This document shows positions 63,226 to 64,000 of a DNA stretch of 64,000 nt, one piece after another. Made by a program: the position numbers and the translations under genes. Where the stretch lies: the NCBI RefSeq assembly GCF_009914755.1, contig NC_060935.1; one strand, 5' to 3'. Under the pieces are notes generated by a model, which saw only the letters and a program-made list of their open reading frames with translations, did no database searches and was not told the DNA's origin. The stretch comes from the human T2T-CHM13v2.0 reference genome, Homo sapiens. The number at the start of each line of letters is the position of its first letter. The stretch's first letter is position 1.

Positions 63226-64000
63226 ACCTTATTTTTATATTTCCAAGTGAAGTAATTATTGTTTTCTTTTTACTTTTTACCCTGTAACCAGGTCAATAAA
63301 GGCCAGAGGTCTTCTTGTTCCTTCGTGCTAGTGGGTGTTTACTTTTCTATTTCATCTAGCTACTAAGTAGCCCCACAAGCATCTCAGCTCTATATAGATG
63401 ATCTCAGATCCATTTCCTATCCTTGTGTGGTCCAAGGCCTCATCTCTCATTCCTGTGTGAGCACTGAAACCCAACCTCCTATGGTACTGAGATAAGCAAC
63501 TCACTGCCTTATCTCTTACCCTCTGAAGGGCAGTCATAACTGAGGTATTACTGTATTAGTTTTCAGTTGCCTCTTGGTTTTTTTTTTCCTTTTAAGAAGT
63601 ACTTTGAGTTTTTTTTGGAGCCCAGCAGTGCATTTAAAAATATTATGTGTTAAATTTTTACAACTCATCTAGGTATTTGTAATGAGAGAATTTTAGGGTT
63701 TTCTGTCACATTGCTTAATAGCTATTTCTTTGTTTTCTTTTAGCCAAGGGTTTATTTCAGTACTGGAAATACTAAATGCTATATACACATATGTGTACTT
63801 ACAAACATATAAGTGCATCAGATGATCAGTATTAGCACACATGGAAATATAGAGTTGAGAAGTATAGCATATGAAGACTTTCACAATCTGCCCTTTGACT
63901 CCCTCTCTAATGGCCTTTCTAAACACTTGCACTTTTGTATGGTACTGCTTTTGTATTCCTGAACACAGAATGCAGCTCATAGTTTCATGTATTTGCATAC

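Overview
Primate (very likely human) genomic DNA, mostly repeats. The only protein-coding sequence I can support is the first coding exon of ACER3 (alkaline ceramidase 3; + strand, 35270-35372, phase-1 GT donor) inside a CpG-island promoter. Everything to the right is intron 1; I did not recognise exon 2 in the window. The left 35 kb is intergenic: Alus, L1, L2/MIR, ERV1/MaLR LTRs and DNA transposon fossils. The main discovery is a ~0.77 kb non-repeat segment on the minus strand (~17181-17265 + 18753-19440). Read across stops and frameshifts, it encodes a Cys- and N-sequon-rich glycoprotein with collinear motif matches to bornavirus G, including a furin-like RTRR at the expected spacing. It is a candidate endogenous bornavirus-like G element (EBLG). 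It was later split by a one-LTR MER51-type ERV fragment (CATGC duplication), which itself received an AluY. Other points of interest: an L1PA with both termini but a ~3 kb internal deletion next to the 5'UTR splice donor, a four-arm Alu, a templated inverted junction at a truncated Alu, an 84-bp-period tandem duplication, and an intronic MADE1 hairpin. Repeat family names and protein alignments come from recall and by-eye comparison, not database searches. Repeat boundaries are approximate.
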